Assembly (NCBI GenBank): GCA_034520965.1
Contig: JAXHMY010000003.1
Location: 160,001 to 224,000, forward strand
Origin: Spirochaetia bacterium
GTDB taxonomy: Bacteria; Spirochaetota; Spirochaetia; DSM-16054; Sediminispirochaetaceae
Direction of reading: 5' to 3'
DNA length: 64,000 nt
The first letter of the stretch is position 1. Every line of letters begins with the position of its first letter. The position numbers and the translations under genes were made by a program. Positions 21,030-31,900 of the stretch are shown in pieces. Under the pieces are notes generated by a model. It was not told where the DNA came from and made no database searches. It was given only the letters and a program-made list of their open reading frames with translations.

Positions 21030-22256
21030 TTATTCTTTAAACTCACTCAATACCTCCCGCGCAGCCTGTTTGACTGAACGGGGGTAATCAAGATACATGG
21101 TGTAGAGTAAGTGATCGAATGCCACTTCATCGCCTAAAATGCCGAGGTTCTTGATAACAGCTAATGCAACCTGTTCGTCAACTTTCTGCCCGTTTTCTTT
21201 ATAAGTGTTTAACACTTCTAGATACAGGCTAAGTCGTACTGCTGCTTCACGCGTTCCCATTGCACCTACGCATGCAATTGCCTCGAGGAGGTTGGATTTC
21301 GAGGCAATGCCCCGGTCGACCTCGACATTTGTTCTATCGAAATGGTCTATTACTAAGGGGCTTGCTTCAGACCGCTCCAACTGAGTCAGTTGCCGGACTG
21401 CTTCGTAGCGCAGTTCCCGCAATTTTTCCTGCTTTTCCTGATTACTAACTTGTGTAAGACCCGCGGAGAGGGATCTCTGGGCAATCTCTCCTTTTTTCTT
21501 ATTCGAAAGAGTGTCCTGTTCCATAGCCCACTTCAAAGCCGCCAACTTTTCTTGTGGAAAGCCATTTTTAATCACCTGCAGCACCATTCGGCTGGTATCG
21601 CCCTCTAGATTTTCCAGGGCCTCAAGAGCTTTCTCCTCGATATGCTGAGGGTAACCGAGATGGGCTGCAGCAAAAATTTCGGAAAAAGCGACGTTACTGC
21701 CAATTCGAGATACAGCGGTAATTGTCTCGGCTATCACCTGGTTTTCTACATCTTCCCCTTGGCGGAATTTGTTGTTCTGCACTTCCAAGTAATTAACTAT
21801 CGATGTCACCAACTGTTCATCAGGATTCAGCAGCCTTCCGAGGCTCTGAACAGCGGCAACTTTTATTCCTATCTCGCTGCTTTGCCGGAACAGATTCCAT
21901 AAACCCTGGGTAGCAGGTGTGTAGGTCGTCTCCCCGGCTAAGCGTGCGGCAAACTTTACCAGCTCAATTGCAGTGGGATCCTCCCGGAGGGTCGAAAAAT
22001 TATCCAAATAGAACCTGATTGCCTGCAGGTACAGCTTTCCCATGCCGCCTCCCTTTTCGGAGGCAGCGTCCTGCAGTACTTGGACCTTGGTAGCAAGACT
22101 GCCGCGGGCGAAATTCTTTTGATAGGCAAACAGCATTTTGTTATCAGCTTCGTTTTGTCCCTGAGCTTGGCTCTGATCTTGGGCCTGCTGGGCGGACACA
22201 TTCATTAAAGAAAGCATCAGAAAAAACACTATGCTTATGAATATTAATTTTTTCAT
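21030..22256 (-). CDS. Exported HEAT-repeat protein (paralog of 16362..17579)
   Basis: MKKLIF signal peptide after a GGGAG SD, HEAT-like repeats. Confidence 0.75.
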   Translation of the reverse strand: MKKLIFISIVFFLMLSLMNVSAQQAQDQSQAQGQNEADNKMLFAYQKNFARGSLATKVQVLQDAASEKGGGMGKLYLQAIRFYLDNFSTLREDPTAIELVKFAARLAGETTYTPATQGLWNLFRQSSEIGIKVAAVQSLGRLLNPDEQLVTSIVNYLEVQNNKFRQGEDVENQVIAETITAVSRIGSNVAFSEIFAAAHLGYPQHIEEKALEALENLEGDTSRMVLQVIKNGFPQEKLAALKWAMEQDTLSNKKKGEIAQRSLSAGLTQVSNQEKQEKLRELRYEAVRQLTQLERSEASPLVIDHFDRTNVEVDRGIASKSNLLEAIACVGAMGTREAAVRLSLYLEVLNTYKENGQKVDEQVALAVIKNLGILGDEVAFDHLLYTMYLDYPRSVKQAAREVLSEFKE

Positions 22257-22290
22257 ACTAAACTCCCAATCTACCTCAGAATTGCTGAAT

Positions 22291-23304
22291 CTACCTTTCA
22301 TCACGTTCACCAAATAAGTTATACACATACATCAGTATCCTATTCTTTATCACCGGAGATGGAGGCGTTGCCTGGATATGCAAAACCGACTGGTGTTTGG
22401 GTTGATTATAATTCACACCCTTTGCGATTCCATTCATAACAATAGTTGAATCACCCAATTTAAACTGGAGTTTGACTACCATTCCAACTTTCCCGCGGCC
22501 TCCAATCAGTACTGCTGCACCATCTTCCGAGAGATCTCGAATTCGGCACCGAAGTCCACGCCCATACTCATACTCTTCGTTGGCAGTTTCAATTGAGCGC
22601 AGCGGAAACATACTGCCGGAGATATTGGTATCGACCCGTACGGAGCCCCGTTTTTGGCTTCGAACGAGTGAATCGGAATGGGCAATGTGTAAAATCGGAT
22701 ATCGACGGTCCAGATAGTCTTCTATAACCCTCGATTCAAACACATATCCGGCATCATCGGCCCTCCAGAAATAAATGTTTATTCGATGGCCCTTCCAGAT
22801 AAATCCCGGCGGCAGTTTCGGCCCCTCCGGATAAGAGATGGCCATATAACGACGCAGATTTTCCACAATTTGTGACCGATAGGTACCCAAGCCGGGCATG
22901 TTTATCATTATGCGCTGTCGCTGGGGCAGCTTGCGTGTTGATTTTATTCCTAGTTTGTATTTCGGAAGATCCATTTCGACGTTCTTACGGAAGTCGAACA
23001 GTTTAGATAAGAAATGGATGTTTTCCTCATTGCCGATACTGTCTTCAGAACGGAATTTAGTAATCATCCCTTTAATTGACCGGTCCAGCTGACCGATCGA
23101 CCAGAAAAGGGCGGTCGGGTTTTTCAAACGGTTCTCTACCGCCACTTTCCGCAATAGATTTACCTCTTTAAAGGTAAACCCCGACTCCTTCCCCTTCGCG
23201 TAAAAGTGAATCCACGGGAAGCTCCCGCCGCCCGCCTTACGGAGCGCACCGTAACCGATTATGAGTAATACAAAAAAACTGCCTAAAAGAATCCAAATAA
23301 TCAT
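22291..23304 (-). CDS. Membrane-anchored YcgR/PilZ-domain c-di-GMP receptor (flagellar brake-like)
   Basis: N-terminal TM, RxxxR (RGSVR) and DxSxxG (DLSEDG) motifs. Confidence 0.85.
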   Translation of the reverse strand: MIIWILLGSFFVLLIIGYGALRKAGGGSFPWIHFYAKGKESGFTFKEVNLLRKVAVENRLKNPTALFWSIGQLDRSIKGMITKFRSEDSIGNEENIHFLSKLFDFRKNVEMDLPKYKLGIKSTRKLPQRQRIMINMPGLGTYRSQIVENLRRYMAISYPEGPKLPPGFIWKGHRINIYFWRADDAGYVFESRVIEDYLDRRYPILHIAHSDSLVRSQKRGSVRVDTNISGSMFPLRSIETANEEYEYGRGLRCRIRDLSEDGAAVLIGGRGKVGMVVKLQFKLGDSTIVMNGIAKGVNYNQPKHQSVLHIQATPPSPVIKNRILMYVYNLFGERDER

Positions 23305-23361
23305 ATTCCAACTATTACTTTAACTATACAATCTTAACCATATCAGATAAGGTTTTACGAA

Positions 23362-24102
23362 ATGAATTTTACTAACCATACACCATTTTATCCAAAAAAT
23401 CACGACGAAAATATGCCTTTTCTTGAGGCTATTCTGCTTTTTTCAGTCTTTTTCCTTCCTGGATACTTTCAACAGGGGGCAGGCTTCAACGTAGATAGCA
23501 TGCTGAACCCTGGGTTCCACCTGTTTACACTGTTGTTCAGCCTGCCTCAGATGCTGCTAATTATCTACATCATTAACCTGCGCTCCAACTCGGATTTAAG
23601 ATCCTACGGCATTGTACCACTGCGAGAAACCCCTGTTTTGAAGGTAATTGTAAGTTATGTTTTTATCCTCAGTATCCCCCTGTTACTCGGGATTATACAG
23701 CAATTCATTGGAATTAGTGAACCGGTTTATAAAAATACCGGTATACAGATAAATTCTGATTTTTATGTACGCTTATCCGAACAACCAATCCTTATATTTT
23801 TCATCGCTGTAACCTGTCTATTAATAGGATACTTCGAAGAGCTTTTTTTCCGGGTATACCTTATCCGTGATTTTGCTGTGAACCGCCGGGCGGCTCACCT
23901 GACAATAGTAATCGGGAGCCTGCTTTTTGCCGGAGGTCACATGTACCAGGGGTTTACTGCCGCTGCCGGTACGTTTTTAATAGGTGTAATTCTTGGGTAC
24001 CGGTATCTGGCGCATTCTTCTTGGCACGAAATAGCATTAGCCCACGCCTTTTACAATTTTACCGCAATTCTATTGCTTCCGGCAGCAGGGGGCTTGTCTT
24101 AA
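23362..24102 (+). CDS. CPBP/Abi (CAAX protease-like) intramembrane protease
   Basis: EELFFR, F...H.YQG and H..YN motifs. Confidence 0.9.
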   Translation: MNFTNHTPFYPKNHDENMPFLEAILLFSVFFLPGYFQQGAGFNVDSMLNPGFHLFTLLFSLPQMLLIIYIINLRSNSDLRSYGIVPLRETPVLKVIVSYVFILSIPLLLGIIQQFIGISEPVYKNTGIQINSDFYVRLSEQPILIFFIAVTCLLIGYFEELFFRVYLIRDFAVNRRAAHLTIVIGSLLFAGGHMYQGFTAAAGTFLIGVILGYRYLAHSSWHEIALAHAFYNFTAILLLPAAGGLS

Positions 24103-24173
24103 GCAATATTTTCTGCCTGTTTTACTCAGTTTTTTCTCTTGCTTTTATACTTAGAGTATATTATTTTCCATAT

Positions 24174-24749
24174 ATGAAATTTCTTAATACCATAAAACAG
24201 TCTCTAATTATGTTGATCTTTCTGCTCACGGCTTTTGCATTGTCAGCACAGGAAGATATCGATCTAAGCAAGACGGAAGAGTTATTCTACAATGCCGGTT
24301 TTGGAGTATTAAAGGAAACCACCGCTGCACCTGACTTCACAATTGAAACCTTGCAAGGAGATAGGGTCAGCCTCTCCGATTACCGCGGCAAAGTGGTACT
24401 GTTGAATCTGTGGGCAACCTGGTGTCCCCCTTGCCGTGAGGAAATGCCCTCAATGCAGAGCCTATACGACCAACTAAAAGACCGTGGTTTTACCATTTTA
24501 GCGGTTGCAGCCCCTAATCCGCCCCGGGAAACCTTCGAAAAAATTGAAAACTACATCTCTGAGTACGGGTATACCTTTCCTGTTTTGATCGACTCGGAAT
24601 ACAAGGTAAACGGGACCTACGGCACCGGCAGTATTCCTACTAGTTGGGTAGTCGATACCGAAGGTAATCTGGTCGCCCGCTTAGTTGGAGCAACTGACTG
24701 GCAGTCGGAATCGATTATGAGCGCCTTTGAGGAACTTTTACCACAATAG
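24174..24749 (+). CDS. TlpA/ResA-family thiol-disulfide oxidoreductase
   Basis: Signal peptide, NLWATWCPPCREEMP, cis-Pro IPTS. Confidence 0.92.
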   Translation: MKFLNTIKQSLIMLIFLLTAFALSAQEDIDLSKTEELFYNAGFGVLKETTAAPDFTIETLQGDRVSLSDYRGKVVLLNLWATWCPPCREEMPSMQSLYDQLKDRGFTILAVAAPNPPRETFEKIENYISEYGYTFPVLIDSEYKVNGTYGTGSIPTSWVVDTEGNLVARLVGATDWQSESIMSAFEELLPQ

Positions 24750-24794
24750 GTTTCAACGTAACAATAACAGCAGCAGCAAGCGAGGACTATCGGG

Positions 24795-26651
24795 ATGGCA
24801 ACTATAGGATCACCCTGGAAACGTAGAGCGATACTGGTTTTATTCGGAATTGCATTCGTTCTGCCGGCCGCCTACGGACAATTGAATAACCTCGAAATAC
24901 TGGAACCGTCCAAACCCTCCGGCGGTTCGGCAGAGGCGGTTTCAGAACCTCAACCGGGGTCTCCGAGCGCTCGGATAGAGCCCCCCTCAACTCCTGTTGT
25001 GCTTAGAGAAAACGGAAGCAGTTTTGAAGTTATCTTTTATATCCCCGATGGATTTTATCAGTCCAAACAGCAAGATTTCTTTACCGTCAGTGCCCCAAAC
25101 TCCTCTCCCTTAGCGGTAACCTCGGTCGAGTACCCGGAAGGCCTTCAAGAAGCCGGGCCGGAGAACGAGGTAAAATATTACAATAGTGCCGCCCTCACGG
25201 TACAAGTCTCGACTAAAGAGGATATAAAAGCCGGCGAGTATCGCATACCCTTTACCGCCTCGTATCAGCTGTGCGACGAGGCCGGCACATGTTTCTTTCC
25301 GCAAGACGAGACTATCCTAGTCGCATTTGAAGTTCCACAAGCTGTTGAAGTGGGTAATGGAGCAGGATTTTCGAACGCCGGCTCTCTCCCTGCCTCTCCC
25401 GCTCCCTCTTCGGCAGCTCCTGTTTCGCTGGGAATGCTTCTCCGTTTCCTCCTGTTTGCCCTAATTGGCGGGCTCTTCCTGAATGTGATGCCCTGCGTAC
25501 TCCCGGTGCTTTCTATCCGGGCTCTCAATTTGGTGAAACAAAGCGGCAACAGCCGTCGTGAAATATTTACCGGGTCACTCTTTTATACTATAGGGGTGCT
25601 GGTTTCATTATTGATTCTGGCGGGGGTTGTAATAGGCCTTAAACTCTCCGGCGAACTGGTTGGTTGGGGATTCCAGTTTCAGAATCCGGGCTTTGTGGTG
25701 TTCCTCATTATTGTGGTATTTGTATTTGCTCTTTCGTTGTTTGATGTATTTGTATTTCAGCCACCCCGTATGAACGGGGCAATTCAACGTGCCGGCAGCA
25801 AGGGCTACATTGGTTCTTTTTTCAACGGAATCATCGCCGTGCTCCTGGCTACTCCCTGTACCGCTCCGCTACTGGGTCCCGCACTTGGCTTTGCCTTCTC
25901 CCAGCCACCGCTTGTCATTATACTTACCTTTTCAATGGTTGGAATCGGCTTTGCCCTGCCCTTCCTGTTGATTGGACTGCGGCCTGGCCTCATCAACAAA
26001 CTGCCTAAACCTGGTCCATGGATGAATACTTTTAAAGAATTGATGGGCTTTGTTCTTTTTGCAACCGCCATCTATCTGCTCAGTATTCTGCGCCATCAGG
26101 TTACTCCCGGCCAGCTTGTTCAGGTGTTGTTGTTTCTGCTGATAATCGGCTTTTTGCTTTGGATCTACGGAAAAACCGCATCTCCGGTTATTAGTCGTAA
26201 AAGGAAGTGGATTATTTTAGGATTTATCGTTATACTCTCCGTATCGGCCGCGGGCCGTCTACTTGAGTTTGAAAAAGGCCCGAACACACAATCAACGGCG
26301 ACAATAAGAGAAGGATGGGAGCAATTTTCGGTAGAAAAACTGGAAGAATACCAACAGGCGGATAACCCGGTACTAGTCGTGTTTTCAGCAAAATGGTGCA
26401 CCGTATGCAAACTGAATGAACAGACGGTACTCCATACAGAAAGGGGTGATGCCCTGTTTCGTTCACATGGTGTTAAATTGCTGTACGGCGATTACACCAA
26501 TCAGGACCCGGTTATAGAGGAGTGGATTCGTTTCTACGGAAGAGCAGGCGTGCCAGTGTATGCCTATTATCATTCTGGCGAAGATTACACACTCCTGCCG
26601 GAAGTACTTACCTTCCAGATTTTAGAAAGTCACCTAAACCCATACTCCTGA
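24795..26651 (+). CDS. dsbD: Protein-disulfide reductase, DsbD/ScsB family
   Basis: QLCDEAGTCFFP N-domain, NVMPCVLPVL and ATPCTAP TM cysteines, WCTVC thioredoxin domain. Confidence 0.88.
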   Translation: MATIGSPWKRRAILVLFGIAFVLPAAYGQLNNLEILEPSKPSGGSAEAVSEPQPGSPSARIEPPSTPVVLRENGSSFEVIFYIPDGFYQSKQQDFFTVSAPNSSPLAVTSVEYPEGLQEAGPENEVKYYNSAALTVQVSTKEDIKAGEYRIPFTASYQLCDEAGTCFFPQDETILVAFEVPQAVEVGNGAGFSNAGSLPASPAPSSAAPVSLGMLLRFLLFALIGGLFLNVMPCVLPVLSIRALNLVKQSGNSRREIFTGSLFYTIGVLVSLLILAGVVIGLKLSGELVGWGFQFQNPGFVVFLIIVVFVFALSLFDVFVFQPPRMNGAIQRAGSKGYIGSFFNGIIAVLLATPCTAPLLGPALGFAFSQPPLVIILTFSMVGIGFALPFLLIGLRPGLINKLPKPGPWMNTFKELMGFVLFATAIYLLSILRHQVTPGQLVQVLLFLLIIGFLLWIYGKTASPVISRKRKWIILGFIVILSVSAAGRLLEFEKGPNTQSTATIREGWEQFSVEKLEEYQQADNPVLVVFSAKWCTVCKLNEQTVLHTERGDALFRSHGVKLLYGDYTNQDPVIEEWIRFYGRAGVPVYAYYHSGEDYTLLPEVLTFQILESHLNPYS

Positions 26652-26680
26652 TCTGATTTACGTTAAGGAGGAATTATTTA

Positions 26681-28585
26681 ATGCAAGGTCTTGATACTAT
26701 CCCTAAAAGAATACGCTCGACCGTCGGTCGCCATCCTGGTTTAACCGCACTTATGTACAAGGACTCCCAAGGGGAGTTCATCTCGATTACCTATAAAGAA
26801 TTCTACGAACAGATTAAACGCTTTGCCGCAGGCCTTAACTCGCTGGGAATTTCCCGAGGTGACCATGTAGGCATTATTTCGGATAACCGCAAAGAGTGGA
26901 TAATCACCGATTTAGCACTTTTGGGCATTGGGGCGATAGATGTTCCCCGAGGTTCCGACTCCATGGCAGAAGAGGTTGGTTATATTTTAGGACATGCCGA
27001 GTGTTCAGTCGCCTTTGCTGAAAACAGCGATCAAGCCGAAAAAATTCTGTCGAAGAAAGAGAACCTACCCAATCTGCACACCTTAATCCTGTTCGACGAT
27101 TCGAAACCAGTCAGCTCTCCCCATAAGGATACGGTAAAGTTTCTCTCTTTCGAGGATATACTCGCGGCGGGGGAAGAAGTATTCCAAAATGATAACGATT
27201 TTTACGATCGTGAGGTTGATAAAGGCGGCAGTGATGACCTGGCTACCCTTATTTACACTTCCGGCACCACCGGCGAGCCGAAGGGGGTTATGCTCAACCA
27301 CCGGAGCTTTACTTTCCAGATTGAACGAATCTACGAACACCTGAATATCCAGCCAGGACATACATTCCTCAGTGTCCTGCCGATTTGGCACTCCTTTGAA
27401 CGGGCAGTTGAATATATTGTGTTGAACATTGGAGCCGCAATTGCCTATTCAAAACCTATCGGCTCGGTAATGCTGCCGGATATGCAGAAGGTTCAGCCCC
27501 ACTGGCTGACTTCTGTACCGCGTATTTGGGAAGGCATCCGCAGCGCCATTTTTCGGAGTATGAAAAAAGAGGGTGGATTTAAGCTGGTAATGTTCGATTT
27601 TTTCGTTGCCACAGGTGAGATGTACGCAACTTTTTTCAACATGTTCACCGGTCGCCTACCCGATTTCATCCCGCGCTACCATATATTCGACAAGGTAATT
27701 GCAATAATACCACTTTTATTGCTGGCACCCTTCAAACTACTTGGATATCTGCTGGTATTTCGTAAAATACAGGCAAAACTGGGCCCTCGTTTTATCGCCG
27801 GTATCTCCGGTGGAGGAGCCCTGCCCACACATGTGGACCGCTTTTTCTACGGAGCGGGGATACGCCTGCTCGAGGGCTACGGATTAACCGAAACCGGACC
27901 TGTTCTGGCGGTGCGAAAACAAACACGACCGGTATTCGGCACTGTGGGTCCGCTGTTGAAAGATATTGAACACCGGGTAATAGACCAGGATGGAGTGATT
28001 CTTCCGGAGGGGCGCAAGGGAACTCTGTATGTAAATAGTGAACAGATCATGCAGGGTTATTATAAACAGCCGGAAAAAACCAAGGAGGTTTTGCAAGACG
28101 GCTGGCTCAATACGGGGGATATTGCAATTTTCAGCCATACCGGGGACTTCAAAATTCTCGGCCGCTCAAAGGAGACCATCGTTCTGCTTGGCGGAGAGAA
28201 TATAGAACCGGTTCCGATAGAGGATAAGCTCAACGCTTCGGAGGCAATTCAACAGGCAATGGTAGTTGGACAAGATCAGAAGTTTCTTGCCGCACTGATA
28301 GTACCCGAAATGTCTAAATTAGAAGAGTTCGCCCAAGAAAACGGCATTACCTATGTTGAAAGCGATGAGTTGCTCAGCAATCCTGAAATTCAGGAGTATA
28401 TACACAACGAAATTCAGGACCAGGTCAACACCAAAAGCGGTTTTCGCCATTTTGAATGCATATTCCGCTTTAAGCTCCTGCCCCAGCCGTTTGAGGTTGG
28501 AAATGAGCTAACCCATACACTGAAAATCCGGCGTGAGGTAGTGTACCACAAGCACCACCACGAGATTGACTCGCTGTTCAAGTAG
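26681..28585 (+). CDS. fadD: Long-chain fatty acid--CoA ligase
   Basis: YTSGTTGEPKG, EGYGLTET, GWLNTGD, GENIEP, TLKIRR. Confidence 0.92.
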   Translation: MQGLDTIPKRIRSTVGRHPGLTALMYKDSQGEFISITYKEFYEQIKRFAAGLNSLGISRGDHVGIISDNRKEWIITDLALLGIGAIDVPRGSDSMAEEVGYILGHAECSVAFAENSDQAEKILSKKENLPNLHTLILFDDSKPVSSPHKDTVKFLSFEDILAAGEEVFQNDNDFYDREVDKGGSDDLATLIYTSGTTGEPKGVMLNHRSFTFQIERIYEHLNIQPGHTFLSVLPIWHSFERAVEYIVLNIGAAIAYSKPIGSVMLPDMQKVQPHWLTSVPRIWEGIRSAIFRSMKKEGGFKLVMFDFFVATGEMYATFFNMFTGRLPDFIPRYHIFDKVIAIIPLLLLAPFKLLGYLLVFRKIQAKLGPRFIAGISGGGALPTHVDRFFYGAGIRLLEGYGLTETGPVLAVRKQTRPVFGTVGPLLKDIEHRVIDQDGVILPEGRKGTLYVNSEQIMQGYYKQPEKTKEVLQDGWLNTGDIAIFSHTGDFKILGRSKETIVLLGGENIEPVPIEDKLNASEAIQQAMVVGQDQKFLAALIVPEMSKLEEFAQENGITYVESDELLSNPEIQEYIHNEIQDQVNTKSGFRHFECIFRFKLLPQPFEVGNELTHTLKIRREVVYHKHHHEIDSLFK

Positions 28586-28589
28586 GGTT

Positions 28590-28961
28590 TTAGAGTAAGA
28601 GCACCACTATTACTGCTGCAGCTGCAGTTCCTACCATAAATACAAGCAGGAGGGGCAGCCACAGCGACGATTTTTCAACCGTCTTTTTTTTATCACCGGA
28701 GTTGCTCTCTAAGCCTTCGGCATTCAAAAGCTCATAGGAATCGTTGGCAGCCGCCTTGAATCCGCACTGCGGACAGCCGTTTACAAACTGACGGGCCTTA
28801 CCGTTAAACCCACAGCGAGGGCATCGTACTCCGTAAAAGGGCATTCCGCAGTGGGGACACTCATCTTCATTGGCGCCAACCTCGCGACCGCAGGTCTCGC
28901 AGTAAAAGGTCGGCTCTTCTACTTTTTTCTTTTGAAAGCTTTTTCCAGTTCTCCTGTTCAT
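28590..28961 (-). CDS. Double zinc-ribbon protein with C-terminal TM anchor
   Basis: Four CxxCG motifs and a hydrophobic tail. Confidence 0.8.
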   Translation of the reverse strand: MNRRTGKSFQKKKVEEPTFYCETCGREVGANEDECPHCGMPFYGVRCPRCGFNGKARQFVNGCPQCGFKAAANDSYELLNAEGLESNSGDKKKTVEKSSLWLPLLLVFMVGTAAAAVIVVLLL

Positions 28962-31900
28962 TTTTTTTCAACACCCAACACCGTTAAATCATCATACTGC
29001 TGATCTTCTTTAATATGGGAGAAACGAACATACTCTTCCTGGTCGGTCTGCCCTTCAATCGGATGGTGAAAGTAGCTATCGTACTGCAGAAAATGCTCCT
29101 TCAAAAACTCATCAATTTTTCTATCCACAACTACTACATCATTCGCCCCGGCAGAAGGATCCGGATACATGCGAAATACCTTCTCAACCGATACCATTGC
29201 AATCACCACCTCCTGAATAGTTCCTTTACAGCTGGAAAAGTCAAAGGTTAACTCTTCGTTCGGATACGGATTATGGTACTTAAACAGCTGGTAAGTGCGG
29301 CGGTGCATCAACAAGTTTACCATATCATATAACCGGCCTAAACTCAGTTCTTCATTGTCCATGCCCACCGAATGGGTCCCGTGTTCCTGCCCATCCTCAA
29401 GCCCCGGTTCATTGCAGACAATAGGTTCGAAGTTTTCATTACGAAACTTTCTCTGTGCCTCTTCCAGACCATCCGTAAACAGCAGGAGCATATCACCTGT
29501 CTTCATCATATGGGGTATACTCTTGAATCCGGATTGCATCTCAACCAGATCGTTTGGAAAGACCCCCGATGCGGGAGCTTCGGGCAGGGTCTTCGCTTCC
29601 ATCGCATGCTTTTCACTATTAAAAATATGCACCAAGTTATCCCCGGCATTGCACATAACCGTCTTCCCATTACGTGCATCAAACAAAACTACAATTAGTG
29701 CAGCAAAACGGCCTTTAAAACCACGCTCCTGCACCAATCGATTAATTGCGTACACCAGCTCTTTCAGGTTAGGGTCTTCCTCCGAACGCTTAACGCTTTT
29801 GCCGGCGGCAATTCTATCTTTTCGATTCTGCAGACTTAACCATTCATTAAAGAAGTTTCGGAAGATGGTTGCAACCTCTACCATAATCAACGAAGCTGCA
29901 ACTCCCTTTCCGGCCACATCGCACTTCACAATCGCATATTTACCCGGCGTTAATTCCATATAATCGAAATAGTCGCCCGACACGCCCTTTGCACCCTCGT
30001 AATAGCCGAAGAAATCGGCCTGTTCAGTCTGCAAATCGGCAGTGGTAAGTTTTCGTCCGCGCTTGTCCTCCTCCAGGGGAATAAACATTTTCTGAATTTC
30101 TTTACCAATAATCAAATCTTTATTTGCTATTGCCGCATTTACCAGACCCTTGGTCATATCATTGACTGTTTCGGCTAGAGTAGCAATTTCGTCCCTGGTT
30201 TTTATCTCTATCTCATGACCCTCCAACTTTTCCTTGTCCTCGGTATCTCTAATACGCGCGACACCCTTTACCAGCCTGCGAATCGGAATAATGATAATGG
30301 TAGCAAGCACTAAAGCTCCGAGTATGCCGAGGCCGATTGCAATGAAGGCAATGAGAGCGGTCTGACGAATCAGAGTCTCACGGGAGGCACGTATCTCCTC
30401 GATTATTCTTACGGTTGAGATACCCAACCTCACCATCCCATGATAATACACCCCCTCTCGATCAGAGTCCTGATACACGATCGGACGGTAAAAGGTGTAA
30501 TCCGTCGGACCGGATAAAACATTCTCGGCATTAAAGTCCGGGAGGCTGCCCATCCGATTTCCTAGGTTGCTCAACTCTTCCTCAATCCGAGTATTAATTT
30601 GGCTAATCTGGTCCTGCAGCTCCGTCAACAGCTGAGCAGTATCCTGATCGTTGCTCTCTACCAACCTCTGCGCAGCTGTTCGGGCTTCCTGCTGCAGCTC
30701 TTCCAAACGTTTCACGAGTTTCCCTACTTGTTCCTCAGCTTCCCGATTAATCTCCTGCTTGAGTTCCGGAATAACAGTGCTCACCCGATCGTCCACTTTG
30801 ATGGTACCCCTTTCATAAGTAAACTCTCCAGCCCGGACTAAATCTTCATCTTCAGGAGCAACTACTTTTTCTTCAATCTCCGGATCGTTGGTTGCCCACA
30901 GATAATCATAAAAATCGTTCTCGAGCTGGTTCGCCGAGCTGAGACGGGGTCCGGTGATGGTTACAAAGCGTGCATCTTCAGCCGCCCTCATCTGCCGAGG
31001 TAAGCGTCCCAGCTCGATGGTGCTCTCTTCCGGCAGAAATTTCTCTGCCCCGGCGTTAATACTTTCGATCAAAACCCGAGTATTCTCCTGCAAACCGGCG
31101 GTAAGGTTCCGCTGCTGGGTTTTAATCATGTAGTTGCTCAGGGGCAAGGCCACCATCAACACAATAATCAGCACTAAGAAAGTAGTCAGAAGAACAAATT
31201 TTATTCTTAATCCCATTCCGCGTTTTTTCATAGTAGCCAGTTTCTCCTTCTTCTTTTCGTAGGAAAGTTGGCGATTCTCAAGCAGGGCCTGTACTTCACC
31301 CCGCAGGTAGGCTCCTTCTTTGGCAAGAGTAGTCAGCTTCCATAGGGCAAACACCAGCATAGCGGCCAGTAGAATCATAATTAACACAACAGGCAATTCG
31401 CTGCCGTAAATAGCTATTTGTCGAAACGCCTTTAGGGCCGGCCGTTCGGCGGCTATCAAAGTAAAATCGCCAAACTTTACCGCACCGGTAGTCTCAAACT
31501 GCAAGGTATACCGGGTAAAGTAGGTTCCCCGCTCCGGATGTACTAATCCTACTCGGTACTCCCCTTTATCAATATTTTCAACTGAGGGGCCGTCAATTAC
31601 TCGGTCATTTCTCACCGAATAAAGACCTGTTTCCTGTTCATACACATAATCGTAGGGAGGCTCACCATCACGGTCGAGCATTACCTGCTGTATCTCGCCG
31701 CCGACCGAAAAACCGCGACCGATAATCTGTAAGTCATAACGGTTCAACTGGTCTTGTGCTACCTCTATTCGGGTGATGTACGTGACCGGAATATACTTAT
31801 TCAACTGAAAATACACGGTTTTTGCTGGTCCCCGGTTGCCGACAGTATCTACCGGGGCAACGGTCAAGGCCCAGGTGCCGTTATCGAGGTTGTAAAAAGT

